From positions 2,040,001-2,072,000 of the forward strand of contig NZ_AP028907.1 of NCBI RefSeq assembly GCF_036323395.1: 32,000 nucleotides of DNA, read 5' to 3'. Below the pieces are notes generated by a model that worked only from the letters and a program-made list of their open reading frames with translations, was not told the origin of the DNA and made no database searches. Shown one piece after another: positions 15,662 through 24,588 of this stretch. Each line of letters opens with the position of its first letter. Positions within the stretch are counted from its first letter, which is position 1. The position numbers and the translations under genes are program-made. Origin of the DNA: Pyrodictium abyssi. GTDB lineage: Archaea > Thermoproteota > Thermoprotei_A > Sulfolobales > Pyrodictiaceae.

Positions 15662-17251
15662 ATGACGCGCCGAGTAGGCGGAGACATCGATGTGGGCGGA
15701 GAGCTTGTCCTACGTGTACCCCCTCTACTGCGCTACGTAGCGCTCCCGGTGGCAGCGGCTGGCATCTCTCACTTACTCTCGGCAACCATAGGCTTTCTCG
15801 AAGGGGATACAGTCTACTCTACGGTGCTAATGCTCTGGGCAATCATATACCTCTCGGCATCGGTAGCCTGGATGTCGATACTCCAGCCCTCCCGCAGCCT
15901 ATCCAAGGAGGAGGCTCTAGTGCTAGTCGGGTTCAGCTGGCTCGCCACCCCGCTCCTCTCGGCCATTCCCGTCGCCTACGCGCTCGGCGTCCCGCTTATC
16001 GACGCGTGGTTTGAGTCGATAAGCGGCTTCACCACCACCGGTCTAAGCGTGTTCACGGGAGGTGTTGACCCCGATTACGGCAAATACGTGCCAGCAGTCG
16101 AGGAGCTCCCCCTCAGCATACTATGGTGGCGCGCGGTAACCGAGTGGCTTGGTGGCTTCGGCATAGTTGTAATGTTCTACGTGTTCGCCCGCCTAGGCGG
16201 CTTGCCGGCGCACCTGGTAGGCTTCGCTGAGGGGAGGTTCGAGCGGTTAGAGCCCAGCATAGCCAAGAGCATACAAGCACTCATGACGCTCTACATGTTC
16301 CTGACTACACTTGGCGCCATAATACTCTACCTAGCCGGGATGACGCCCATGGATGCTGTGTACCACTCGATGACAGGTATAGCGACAGGCGGCTTTAGCA
16401 CACATAGCGAGAGTATAGCCTTCTACAACTCAGTCCTGGTGGAGGCAGCAGCCATAGTAGTAATGGCTCTAGGCGCCGCCAACTTTGCAGACCTCTACGC
16501 AGTGGTTAAGGGGATCCCGAGGAGGTTTAGCCGCGAGATAGAATCCTTCATAGCAGTAGCAGCAACATCCATAGCGCTGGGCACGCTCATGCTCTACGTG
16601 ACCGGCTGGTCGCCCTACCACCCACTACGCGAGGCAGCATTCGACGTGGTAACAGCGCTCTCTGGCACTGGTTTCGGGATAAGCGACCTCTCGAGCGCCC
16701 CGGATGCGTGGAAAGCCTTCCTCGTACCGCTAATGCTCATAGGCGGCTCAGCATTCTCAACAACGGGCGGCATCAAGCAGTACCGGTTAATGGTCCTAGC
16801 GAAGAACATTGTCTGGACGGTGACAGAGACCGTCTACGGTACTAGCAGGATAACGGTACGCCGTGTCGGAGGCTACGTGGCGACCGAGCAGGAGCTTAGG
16901 AGAGTAATGACAATTGTAACACTGTTTGTCGTGACCCATGCTGCTGGGACACTGGCTCTGCTCCTCATTCTTCCCGACCGGAGCCTCGCGGACGCAGCCT
17001 TCGAGGCGGCAAGCGCTCTCGGCACAGTGGGGCTGAGCGTAGGCATAACAGGGGCCACTGCGCCGTGGCAGGCGAAGGCAGTACTAATGGTCCTTATGAC
17101 GCTGGGTAGGCTCGAGGTAGCAGGTTTCCTCTACATGCTCGCGGCGACGACGAGGATCACGAGAAACCTGCGAGCACAGAAGCGTAGAAAACCGGCCACG
17201 CTGGCGCTCTGGCGAGAGCCGCCGTACGCGCGTTCAGGTCTATACCCCTAG
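15662..17251 (+). CDS. trkH: TrkH/KtrB-family cation (K+) transporter membrane subunit
   Basis: The polytopic 529-aa protein has four pore-loop glycine motifs at regular spacing: SGFTTTGLSV, TGIATGGFST, LSGTGFGI, LGTVGLSVG. Confidence 0.85.
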   Translation: MTRRVGGDIDVGGELVLRVPPLLRYVALPVAAAGISHLLSATIGFLEGDTVYSTVLMLWAIIYLSASVAWMSILQPSRSLSKEEALVLVGFSWLATPLLSAIPVAYALGVPLIDAWFESISGFTTTGLSVFTGGVDPDYGKYVPAVEELPLSILWWRAVTEWLGGFGIVVMFYVFARLGGLPAHLVGFAEGRFERLEPSIAKSIQALMTLYMFLTTLGAIILYLAGMTPMDAVYHSMTGIATGGFSTHSESIAFYNSVLVEAAAIVVMALGAANFADLYAVVKGIPRRFSREIESFIAVAATSIALGTLMLYVTGWSPYHPLREAAFDVVTALSGTGFGISDLSSAPDAWKAFLVPLMLIGGSAFSTTGGIKQYRLMVLAKNIVWTVTETVYGTSRITVRRVGGYVATEQELRRVMTIVTLFVVTHAAGTLALLLILPDRSLADAAFEAASALGTVGLSVGITGATAPWQAKAVLMVLMTLGRLEVAGFLYMLAATTRITRNLRAQKRRKPATLALWREPPYARSGLYP

Positions 17252-17562
17252 GCCGTGCCCGTGGCGGCTTCGTGCTGCTCGGCAACGGTCTGGGGCGGGG
17301 ACACTATAGCGAAGAGGGGCCTTTCAGCCCCGGCCTTGAGTGCCTCCAGCAGCTTCCTAGCATAGATGGTGGCGCTGTAAACCTTATAGCTCCCCTTGAC
17401 GAACACCGGCTCTATGACGCCAAGCGCCTCTAGGCACTGGAACGCAGCCAGCACAAGGTACCGCGGTAGGCCGGTCTCGACAACTACGTCGCCCGGCGAG
17501 ACCACGTCCCTGGACACTATCGCTTCAAGTATTGTAGCCAGCCTCTCGCGGCTAGCATCCAC
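17248..17562 (-). CDS. Small winged-helix DNA-binding protein (putative transcriptional regulator)
   Basis: The 104-aa ORF reads LATILEAIVSRDVVSPGDVVVETGLPRYLVLAAFQCLEALGVIEPV, an HTH-plus-wing pattern. Its stop shares the palindrome CTAG with the trkH stop. Confidence 0.5.
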   Translation of the reverse strand: MDASRERLATILEAIVSRDVVSPGDVVVETGLPRYLVLAAFQCLEALGVIEPVFVKGSYKVYSATIYARKLLEALKAGAERPLFAIVSPPQTVAEQHEAATGTA

Positions 17563-17646
17563 GGCTACAACCCCAGGCTAGGATGTAGGCTAGCCCAGAG
17601 GCCTAGAACCGCGCCGGGCTAGTAACACCGGGGCCCGCGGGACCCC

Positions 17647-18336
17647 CTAGCCGTAGAGCACCCGGTCCAGGTCCCGGGTCTCCACCCTAGCTACACCGCC
17701 GGCGGGGTAGACTGATACGACGCTACGCTCCATGCAGCTCCAGCCCAAGGGCTCCCGCGTGGGCGCGGCAGCCGCCACGGCCGAGCCACCGCTATACATG
17801 ACGCAGAGACGGAGCCTCCCAGAGACAGCTAGCGCTGCCACCGGCGCTGGGGCCCGGCCCCTCGAGACCAGGGCCAGGACGAGCCCAGCACCGCCCCCAG
17901 CCCTCTCAGCTATCTTCGCAGCAAGCCTCTCGGGCCCCGCGCCGTCGCGGAGCAGCCTTGCGGCATAGGAGTACAGCACGGCCCTAGCGTCCCCTCGGGC
18001 TGGCGCAGGCGGGCTGCCCGTAACCAGGGCCTGGCGGCCGAGCCGCCGAAGGCTACACGCCATAATTCTCGCCGGAGCGCCGCTCGGCATGAACCCTGCG
18101 AAGAAGCTGCAGACCCCGCTACACAGCGCGTAGACCCCCAGGGTGCCTCCTGCAAGCCACGTTGCGGCGTCAACAGCCTCCCGTGGCTGGGCGGCCTCAT
18201 AGTACCGTAGACTCCAGTCGCCGGTGCGCCCCCTCTCACGGTAGGCTAGCAGCGTCACCGGCCCCCCAGAGAGGCCGCGGAGAGCGTCCAGAAGAGCATC
18301 GACAGCGCCGCGGGACACGACAGCTGCGAGCAGCAA
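17647..18336 (-). CDS. Hypothetical Ala/Gly-rich protein
   Basis: The 229-aa ORF is the longest frame here and has genome-typical codon usage. No family recognised. Confidence 0.4.
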   Translation of the reverse strand: MLLAAVVSRGAVDALLDALRGLSGGPVTLLAYRERGRTGDWSLRYYEAAQPREAVDAATWLAGGTLGVYALCSGVCSFFAGFMPSGAPARIMACSLRRLGRQALVTGSPPAPARGDARAVLYSYAARLLRDGAGPERLAAKIAERAGGGAGLVLALVSRGRAPAPVAALAVSGRLRLCVMYSGGSAVAAAAPTREPLGWSCMERSVVSVYPAGGVARVETRDLDRVLYG

Positions 18337-18344
18337 GACTCAGG

Positions 18345-18929
18345 CTAGCCCCCGTCCTCCCTGCCGCTGATAGACGTCGTGCTGGCCTTGTCTGTGCCCC
18401 GGGCTATAGGCTTGAAGCCCGAGGCACCAGCGGCAGCTAGCACCACGAAGGCCGGGATGGGGCTCCCGACGAGTGGCGCGGCGAGCAGCAGGAGAGCCGA
18501 CGCCATGTAGAGCTGCCCCGTCGGCGACCCGGCACCCTGGTAGACGGCGTAGCCGTAGACGATGAGCCCCGCTGAGCCTAGGAGCCAGGATGAGACAAGC
18601 AGCATCATAGCCAGGTCTACCGGCCAGCTCGCGTCTAGCAGAGCGCTCGCAAGAACAAGTGCTCCAGCGGCGGCAGCTGTGAAGCTGGCAAGCGAGGCTG
18701 TAAGAGCTCCGACAGCTCCTAGGCTGGCTGCGCCCGCCCGTGGCCGTGCAACAGCGGCAAACCCCAGCCCCACGAGGAGGCTGCCAGCGATGCCAGCTAC
18801 TAGGCCTGCCGTGGAGCCAGCAGGGCTCCTGCCCAGCAGGAGCCCAGCAGCAGAGAGCAGCAGGGCACCGCTAGGCACCGCGATATTAGCCTTAGAACCA
18901 GGCTTCAAAGCCATGGCGGGTATCTCCAC
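18345..18929 (-). CDS. Hypothetical polytopic membrane protein
   Basis: The 194-aa ORF has about 5-6 Ala/Leu/Gly-rich hydrophobic segments. It is tightly spaced with its neighbours on the same strand. Confidence 0.5.
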   Translation of the reverse strand: MEIPAMALKPGSKANIAVPSGALLLSAAGLLLGRSPAGSTAGLVAGIAGSLLVGLGFAAVARPRAGAASLGAVGALTASLASFTAAAAGALVLASALLDASWPVDLAMMLLVSSWLLGSAGLIVYGYAVYQGAGSPTGQLYMASALLLLAAPLVGSPIPAFVVLAAAGASGFKPIARGTDKASTTSISGREDGG

Positions 18930-18986
18930 ATATACTATCTGGGTGGCTACAGGCCCTAGAATACGGTACCCCCTACAATCCCGGGT

Positions 18987-20459
18987 CTAACCCCGCTTGC
19001 GTTTCTCGAGGAGCGCGTAGAAGAAGCCTATGGTCCCGTGGCGGTGTGGCCAAGCCCTCATCGTGCCGGGTAGTAACGGGGACTCATCGTACGGGCCCCG
19101 GAGCGGCACCAGCCTGAACTCGGGGTGCCGCTCGAGGAACCACTTGATGTTCCCCTCGTTCTCTTCGGGCAGAAGGCTGCACGTAGTGTAGAGGAGCCGG
19201 CCGCCCGGCTTTACGAGCCTCGCAGCAGCCTCCAGCATCTCCCGCTGCAGCTGCACTATCTCCTCGAGCCCCTCCTCTCGTATCCTCCACCGCAGCTCCG
19301 GGTTCTTCGCTATAGTGCCGGTGCTGGTACACGGGGCGTCCAGCATGACCCGGTCGGCTATCTCCTCGCCTAGCACGCGGGGCGCCTTCCTAGCATCCAT
19401 CTTGAATATCTTGACAATGGTTATACCCATGCGGCGGAGTATAGTTCTCATACGCTCTATGCGCTTCTCGTCTATGTCGAACGCGTAGATACGTCCATGG
19501 TTCTTCATCAACTCGGCCATGTGGCTGGTCTTCCCGCCAGGCGCGGCAGCCAGGTCGACAACGGTCATGCCCGGCTTCGGGTCCAGTATGAGTGAGGCAG
19601 CCGCGCTAGCCTCCTCCTGGATAACCATCTTGCCGCCCCGGTACAGCGGGCTGCTATCGAAGTCGAAGGGGCCCTGGAACTTCACCACGACCGGTACCCG
19701 CTTACTGACCACAGGGTCCTTGCCCTCCCGGCGGAGAGCCTCCACAACCTCCTCCACAGTGGCTTTCAGCGTGTTCACCCTGACGCTTATCAAAGGCTTC
19801 TGGTTGAACGCGCGGAACAGCTCCTCAGCCTCCTCCGGGCCCAGCAGCTCCCTCATACGCCGTATGAACCATGCTGGCAGCAGGTACAGCCACTCAAGCG
19901 CCTCCTCCACGCTACGGGGCCTCGGCCGGTACTCGAGCAGCCGGTCGAAGACCCTCCAGTAGTACATGCCCACGTATGGGTGCGTCACAGCCGATAGGTA
20001 GTCCGCTATACCCCACTTCAGCGTGTTAAGCGTAGTCCGGTCAGGGCGGTGGAACAACACGATATCGGCGGCGACCCGGAGCGCAGCACGCAGCCAGGGA
20101 TCGAGGATGAGCGGCGACTCGACCCCCGTCAGCTCCCGTGCGACCCGGTCGAGCAGTCCCATCCTCTTCATAGTATCGTAGAACACGGAGGTCAGCAGCC
20201 TATCAAGCCCAGTACCTAGTATGCCGTGTCGCCGGAACACTACGCGCTTCGCGTGCTGGCTCGGCTTAAACTCCTCGGCAGCCTTAACAGTCTCAACCAG
20301 TATCCGGAGGCCACGAGCCGGTACCGACAGCTTAGGCTTACTAGCCCTCTCTGCCTCAATAGCCTCCCATACCCGCCTAGCGAGACCCTCTAGCACTGCT
20401 TCTCCTCCGCGGTGGCCCGCCATGGCTAGCACACCCTCCCCGGCCAGCGGCATGGCCAA
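18987..20459 (-). CDS. NOL1/NOP2/Sun-family RNA (cytosine-C5)-methyltransferase with N-terminal NusB-like domain
   Basis: Has the SAM motif VVDLAAAPGGKTSHMA, the catalytic motif IV DAPCTSTGT and motif VI LLYTTCSL. Length is 490 aa. Confidence 0.9.
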   Translation of the reverse strand: MAMPLAGEGVLAMAGHRGGEAVLEGLARRVWEAIEAERASKPKLSVPARGLRILVETVKAAEEFKPSQHAKRVVFRRHGILGTGLDRLLTSVFYDTMKRMGLLDRVARELTGVESPLILDPWLRAALRVAADIVLFHRPDRTTLNTLKWGIADYLSAVTHPYVGMYYWRVFDRLLEYRPRPRSVEEALEWLYLLPAWFIRRMRELLGPEEAEELFRAFNQKPLISVRVNTLKATVEEVVEALRREGKDPVVSKRVPVVVKFQGPFDFDSSPLYRGGKMVIQEEASAAASLILDPKPGMTVVDLAAAPGGKTSHMAELMKNHGRIYAFDIDEKRIERMRTILRRMGITIVKIFKMDARKAPRVLGEEIADRVMLDAPCTSTGTIAKNPELRWRIREEGLEEIVQLQREMLEAAARLVKPGGRLLYTTCSLLPEENEGNIKWFLERHPEFRLVPLRGPYDESPLLPGTMRAWPHRHGTIGFFYALLEKRKRG

Positions 20460-20754
20460 AGCTGCAGTGTATACTCCCTAGGGGCTGGGGGTGGCTGCCC
20501 TCTACCCCAGCTGCGTTGTTAGTTTCTATCCGTACAAGGCCTAGCAGCTGTTTTGAATACATCGGTGCCGGGCACCACACGGACTAGGCGACGGATGCAC
20601 CTTGGGGCCTTGACAAGCAGCCGTTTTGGGCAGGGAAGCGGAATGAATGGATATACTGATCTAGCCTACTTATAGCCGGGGGCCTTATAGTAGGCTTAAG
20701 CGCTGCAGGACAGCGTGCAGCTCAGAACCCAGCCGGTGAAACAACTACGAGGCG

Positions 20755-21336
20755 ATGGTGTACGTCATGGCCCACCTACTAGGCGATATGGATGCAGTCG
20801 CCCAGGGCCTCTCCGTCATGAGCAGCAGGATACTCGTAGACAGCCTGCCGAGCCTGGTAGAGGAGCTCCTAGGGCCCCGTGAGGGCTCCGTAATAGTTGC
20901 TAGGCTCCTAGAGAAAGGCGCCCGTGAGGGATTCACCCGGTTTATGGAGAGGCTGGGCGTAAGCCCAGACAGTATGAAGCTAGAGCAAGTACTCGCTATA
21001 TTCGTGAGGCAAGAGGGGCAGCAGCCTCGGCACCCATTCCAGGTCTTTGACACAATGGAATGCATGGACGGTAAATGCGTACTAGAGAGCAGGAGATGCC
21101 CCTACAGCGACATAGCGGAGAGACACCCAACGGTAAAGGCTGTGTTCATAGGCACAGTGGCTGGTGTAGCGGCGGCACTAGGCTACCGTGTGCGCTGGCT
21201 AGTCACCCCGTCTGCAAGAAAGTATCTCTGCAGGGAAAGCAAGCCAGACATAATAATCTACATGGATGAAAACATTGAACTGCCAGCTTGCCGGCTCATA
21301 GTAGAGATGTACACGTGCAGCACCCCACAGAGCTAG
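20755..21336 (+). CDS. Hypothetical Cys-containing protein (possibly V4R-like small-molecule-binding domain)
   Basis: The 193-aa ORF contains ...ECMDGKCVLESRRCPYSDIAERHP...FIGTVAGVAAALGY..., reminiscent of V4R domains. This assignment is weak. Confidence 0.45.
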   Translation: MVYVMAHLLGDMDAVAQGLSVMSSRILVDSLPSLVEELLGPREGSVIVARLLEKGAREGFTRFMERLGVSPDSMKLEQVLAIFVRQEGQQPRHPFQVFDTMECMDGKCVLESRRCPYSDIAERHPTVKAVFIGTVAGVAAALGYRVRWLVTPSARKYLCRESKPDIIIYMDENIELPACRLIVEMYTCSTPQS

Positions 21337-22079
21337 AGGGGCGATATAGGCTTCTCAACGCTCCTCAGCATCTCGTACACCCTGTCCGCGTCTGTCTCGA
21401 CTCCTAGCCTCCGGGCTTCACGAGCTATGACCCTGGCAGCGGCCCGGAGAGCCTCCTCCACACTACCCCTCTCCACGGCCCTCTGGAACTCCGAGTCCTC
21501 GTCTATACGATAGTATATCGGCACACGGTCCTTAGCCCGAGGTATGAGCCGCTTGAGGACCGGCTTAACCCTCCACATGGCCTCGTAGAGCGTTCCGAGC
21601 CCCTTGTCGCCCTCAAGGCACTCCCTTATCCTGTCACGGGCATGCCGCGCTGCTACCCCGGTTCGTCCCTCAGTGGTCACCGCTACCCGGAGCCCGCCGC
21701 CGTAGAGGTCTAGCGTATAGGGCACAACTATCTCGGTCCTCTCCGCGTCCGTCGCGTCATTGACCCAGCGCCTGAGACTACGCGCAAGCCTCCACACAGC
21801 CTCGTTGACGGAAGGATTGTCAGTAGCCACCACAACTATATCGGCCCACTCGACATGGGGCCTGAGCGCCTCGGCATCACCCGCGTCCAGCTCCACAAGC
21901 TCCAGGCCGCTATCCCCCCTCGCCCGCCTCTGCAGCTCCTCCGAGAAGCTCAGCCCAACGACCCTCACGACAGCACCTGCCTGGCGGAACCAGAGCGCCC
22001 TACGCGTCCCAACGCCTCCCCCGCCGACAACGAGGACGCGCCTACCATCCATCTCGAGCCATAGTGGGACACGCACCAA
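21333..22079 (-). CDS. Precorrin-2 dehydrogenase / sirohydrochlorin ferrochelatase (siroheme synthase N-terminal-domain type)
   Basis: The N-terminal Rossmann motif is RRVLVVGGGGVGTRRALWFRQAGAVVRVV, followed by ADIVVVATDNPSVNEAV. This matches the CysG-N/Met8/SirC family pattern. Confidence 0.7.
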   Translation of the reverse strand: MVRVPLWLEMDGRRVLVVGGGGVGTRRALWFRQAGAVVRVVGLSFSEELQRRARGDSGLELVELDAGDAEALRPHVEWADIVVVATDNPSVNEAVWRLARSLRRWVNDATDAERTEIVVPYTLDLYGGGLRVAVTTEGRTGVAARHARDRIRECLEGDKGLGTLYEAMWRVKPVLKRLIPRAKDRVPIYYRIDEDSEFQRAVERGSVEEALRAAARVIAREARRLGVETDADRVYEMLRSVEKPISPL

Positions 22080-22170
22080 GGAGCCCCCAGGAGGCCGTAG
22101 AGCGGCGCATGGCTAAGAATGTATGCGTAGTAGCCTAGGTGAGCTCGGAGACAAGGAGAGATGAGAGGAG

Positions 22171-22296
22171 GCGGATCCCGGCTTGGGGGCGCTGCAGGGC
22201 CTCGCGGACCCCACAGCATCCCCCAACGCGGCCGGCTTAACTTCCGGGTTCGACATGAGTCCGGGTGTTGCCCGGCCGCTATGGCCGGGTCCGGGT
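22171..22296 (-). rRNA. 5S ribosomal RNA
   Basis: The reverse complement reads ACCCGGACCCGGCCATAGCGGCCGGGCAACACCCGGACTCATGTCGAACCCGGAAGTTAAGCCGGCCGCGTTGGGGGATGCTGTGGGGTCCGCGAGGCCCTGCAGCGCCCCCAAGCCGGGATCCGC. It contains the universal 5S core GAACCCGGAAGTTAAGC and aligns along its length with my recollection of Sulfolobus 5S. Helix I pairs 5' CCCGG/CGGA with 3' CCGGG/TCCG. The ends are good to about +/-3 nt. Confidence 0.85.
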
Positions 22297-22318
22297 ACAC
22301 TGCCCCAGGATTCCCGGG

Positions 22319-22326
22319 ATATTTAA
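22319..22326 (-). promoter_or_regulatory. TATA box for the 5S rRNA gene
   Basis: On the minus strand, ttaaatat is centred about 27 nt upstream of the inferred 5S 5' end at 22296. This is the canonical archaeal TATA-to-TSS distance. Confidence 0.5.
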
Positions 22327-22378
22327 CGGCTCCTCTGCACCTAGGCATGAGTAGTGGTGGCCTGTCCTGCCCGGTAAC

Positions 22379-23269
22379 GTGCTAGATGCAGACGCTAGGC
22401 GGCTCGCTGAGAGGTTCTGCAGAGAAGAGATAACGGTCTACCACATCTACAGCTGGCTAGCCGAGAAGGAGAAGGATCCTGCCCGGCGCGAACACCTAAG
22501 AAGGCTCGCGGAGCAGGAGCGGCGGCACTACGAGTTCTGGAGCCGCGTCCTCGGTAGCAGCTGCTGGCCCTACGGGGTAACCATGAGGAGGATAATGCTG
22601 CTCTACCGCCTCCTAGGGCCTGTGTTCACGCTCCGGCTCCTAGAGCGCGACGAGGAAGCCACGATAGAGCAGTACCAGAGGTTCCTCAGCCGCATAGGCG
22701 ACGAGCAACTGCGCCGAGAGCTAGAGCAGATAATACGCGAGGAAGAGGAGCACGAGGAGACACTACTCAGCGGCATCGAGGACGCGCGTGTAAAGTACAT
22801 GGGGTTCATAGCCCTGGGCCTCGCCGACGCTATAGTGGAGATAACGGGCGTCCATGCTGGCTTCCTCGGCGCGACCTCGAGCACCCTGCTCGCTGGCGTC
22901 GCTGGGCTGGTTGTCGGCTTCTCCGCAGCACTCTCCATGGCCGGTGCAGCGTATCTCCAGGCTAAGCATGGCCGCGAGACACGCCCGGTCATAAGCGCCG
23001 GTGTGACCGGCGTATCGTACATAATATCCGTGATACTCCTAGCGCTCCCATACTTCCTGCTAGCCAGCATGCTCGAGGCGTTCACAGCGTCGCTGATCCT
23101 GGCGACCGTGATAATAGGGGGCTTCACGTACTTCAGCGTGGTTGTGCAGAACAAGCCGTTCCTCAAGGAGTTCCTCGAGAGCACCGGGCTTATGATAGGC
23201 ACGGCGCTTGGTAGCTACGCGTTCGGCAAGATACTAGGAAGCCTGCTAGGCGTCGAGATGGCCCTATAG
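22379..23269 (+). CDS. Erythrin-VIT1 fusion protein (ferritin-like domain plus CCC1/VIT1 iron transporter; MbfA-like)
   Basis: The N-terminal ferritin/rubrerythrin-like helices carry E..H pairs: EEITVYHIY, EQERRHYEFW, EEEEHEE. The C-terminal VIT1-type membrane domain reads GLADAIVEITGVHAGFLGA followed by several TM segments. Confidence 0.8.
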   Translation: MLDADARRLAERFCREEITVYHIYSWLAEKEKDPARREHLRRLAEQERRHYEFWSRVLGSSCWPYGVTMRRIMLLYRLLGPVFTLRLLERDEEATIEQYQRFLSRIGDEQLRRELEQIIREEEEHEETLLSGIEDARVKYMGFIALGLADAIVEITGVHAGFLGATSSTLLAGVAGLVVGFSAALSMAGAAYLQAKHGRETRPVISAGVTGVSYIISVILLALPYFLLASMLEAFTASLILATVIIGGFTYFSVVVQNKPFLKEFLESTGLMIGTALGSYAFGKILGSLLGVEMAL

Positions 23270-23293
23270 CTTACGGGCAGAGGCGTAGCCAGG

Positions 23294-23875
23294 GTGGAGG
23301 CACGCGCGTTGAGCAGGAGCAGCTACGATAGAATAGACGAGAGAGAGCTCGGCAAGACTGTGCAGATACTTTACGAGGCCTTCCAGTCCATAGAAGCAGT
23401 AGGCGGCAGCCTCTCGCCCTTTGTGCCAACGCAGGACTACATTATAGAGCCCATACTACAGCTACTAGAAGCCATGGCCCGCGGGAGGCTCAACGAGACG
23501 GGGCAACGGAGGCAGCCTGTGTACTACGAGCCCGGTTGTGGCTCGGGAACAGTGGCGGAGAAGGCTGCAGAGAGAGGCTTCTACGTCATATGCCTGGAGC
23601 TTGACGAGTATCTCGCCCGCAGCGCGGCCCAAAGGCTCGCCAGGAGCCCCCATGCAGACACGGTGGTAGGCGACCTCTCGGTGTTCCGGCCGCGAGCAGT
23701 GGACGCGGTGTACGCCTACCTGCTTCCCCGGGCGGTACAGCGGGTCCTCGAGGCACTAAAGGGCGCAAAGGCTCCCCTGCTGAGCCTTGACTACCCCGCC
23801 GAGGACGATGGAGGGGCACTGTCGGCTGCGAGACTGGAGATAGAAGCCAGAAGTGTTTATACGTATGAGCTCTAG
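23294..23875 (+). CDS. Class I SAM-dependent methyltransferase
   Basis: Motif I is VYYEPGCGSGTVAEKAAERG, followed by an acidic post-I residue in VICLELD. Length is 193 aa. Confidence 0.7.
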   Translation: MEARALSRSSYDRIDERELGKTVQILYEAFQSIEAVGGSLSPFVPTQDYIIEPILQLLEAMARGRLNETGQRRQPVYYEPGCGSGTVAEKAAERGFYVICLELDEYLARSAAQRLARSPHADTVVGDLSVFRPRAVDAVYAYLLPRAVQRVLEALKGAKAPLLSLDYPAEDDGGALSAARLEIEARSVYTYEL

Positions 23876-24468
23876 GACTCACCCGGCGCTGTGAGCTGCC
23901 CTCGGCTTGGACGGTAGCGGCTACAAAGCACGGAGAGTATCCTCTCGCGATTCGGCTCTAGGTCCAGCCTCGTGAATACCATGTCCCTGCCATAGCCTAC
24001 TACGCGGCCACCGAGCTTATCCACCATTATCCTCCTCATGGGTATGTTGCTTGGATCGAAGTAGGCCTCTACAGCCTTGTACCCGTTCCCGAGGAGGCAT
24101 AGAGCTAGGAGCGCAGTCAGTGTTGTACCGAGCCCCCGGCCCTGTAGGTCGTCTCGGACCACGATGCCTAGCTCTGCTATGCCGCGTATACCGGTGTCAT
24201 ACGCCTCGATGCTAGCTACGGCTTCTCCGTCCCGTAGCCCGACTATTACCAGCCGCGCGTTGGACAGTATATCGTCCACCACTGGTTCCCAGTACTTGAT
24301 TGGCCTCAGGAACCTCAGCAGCACAGTGTCTAGGCTGAGCTTGCTGAAGAGGCTTAGCAGTAGGCTCCGTGCCTCCTCACCCGGTGCTGCAATCTCGACT
24401 GTTGTTCCATCCTTGAGGATAGCTGTGCCTGGTAGACTGCTGCACGTGAGCTTCGCTTGCCCATTCAA
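23872..24468 (-). CDS. GNAT-family N-acetyltransferase
   Basis: The acetyl-CoA-binding motif A is IVVRDDLQGRGLGTTLTALL (Q/RxxGxG/A). Length is 198 aa. Confidence 0.75.
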   Translation of the reverse strand: MNGQAKLTCSSLPGTAILKDGTTVEIAAPGEEARSLLLSLFSKLSLDTVLLRFLRPIKYWEPVVDDILSNARLVIVGLRDGEAVASIEAYDTGIRGIAELGIVVRDDLQGRGLGTTLTALLALCLLGNGYKAVEAYFDPSNIPMRRIMVDKLGGRVVGYGRDMVFTRLDLEPNRERILSVLCSRYRPSRGQLTAPGES

Positions 24469-24588
24469 GGAGCTTCTTCTCCTCCAGACCCATAGGTCAT
24501 ATCATGGCTGGAGCCTGATTAAAGCTCAGCGCCCACGGAGCCCTAGGGAGCTCAGTAGCCAGGCCCTCAGCGCGTACACTCGGCGCCC

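Noticed and set aside
20560-20690. SRP-RNA-like motifs (ggtgccggg, aagcagcc, gggaagc)
   Set aside because: The order and spacing do not reproduce the helix-8 GNAR-loop arrangement. The space is too short for a roughly 300-nt archaeal 7S RNA plus two promoters, and I could not build a convincing fold by hand.
21965-22385. ORFs 21965..22348 (-) and 22161..22385 (+)
   Set aside because: They overlap the 5S rRNA gene and its promoter, and their composition is not protein-like.
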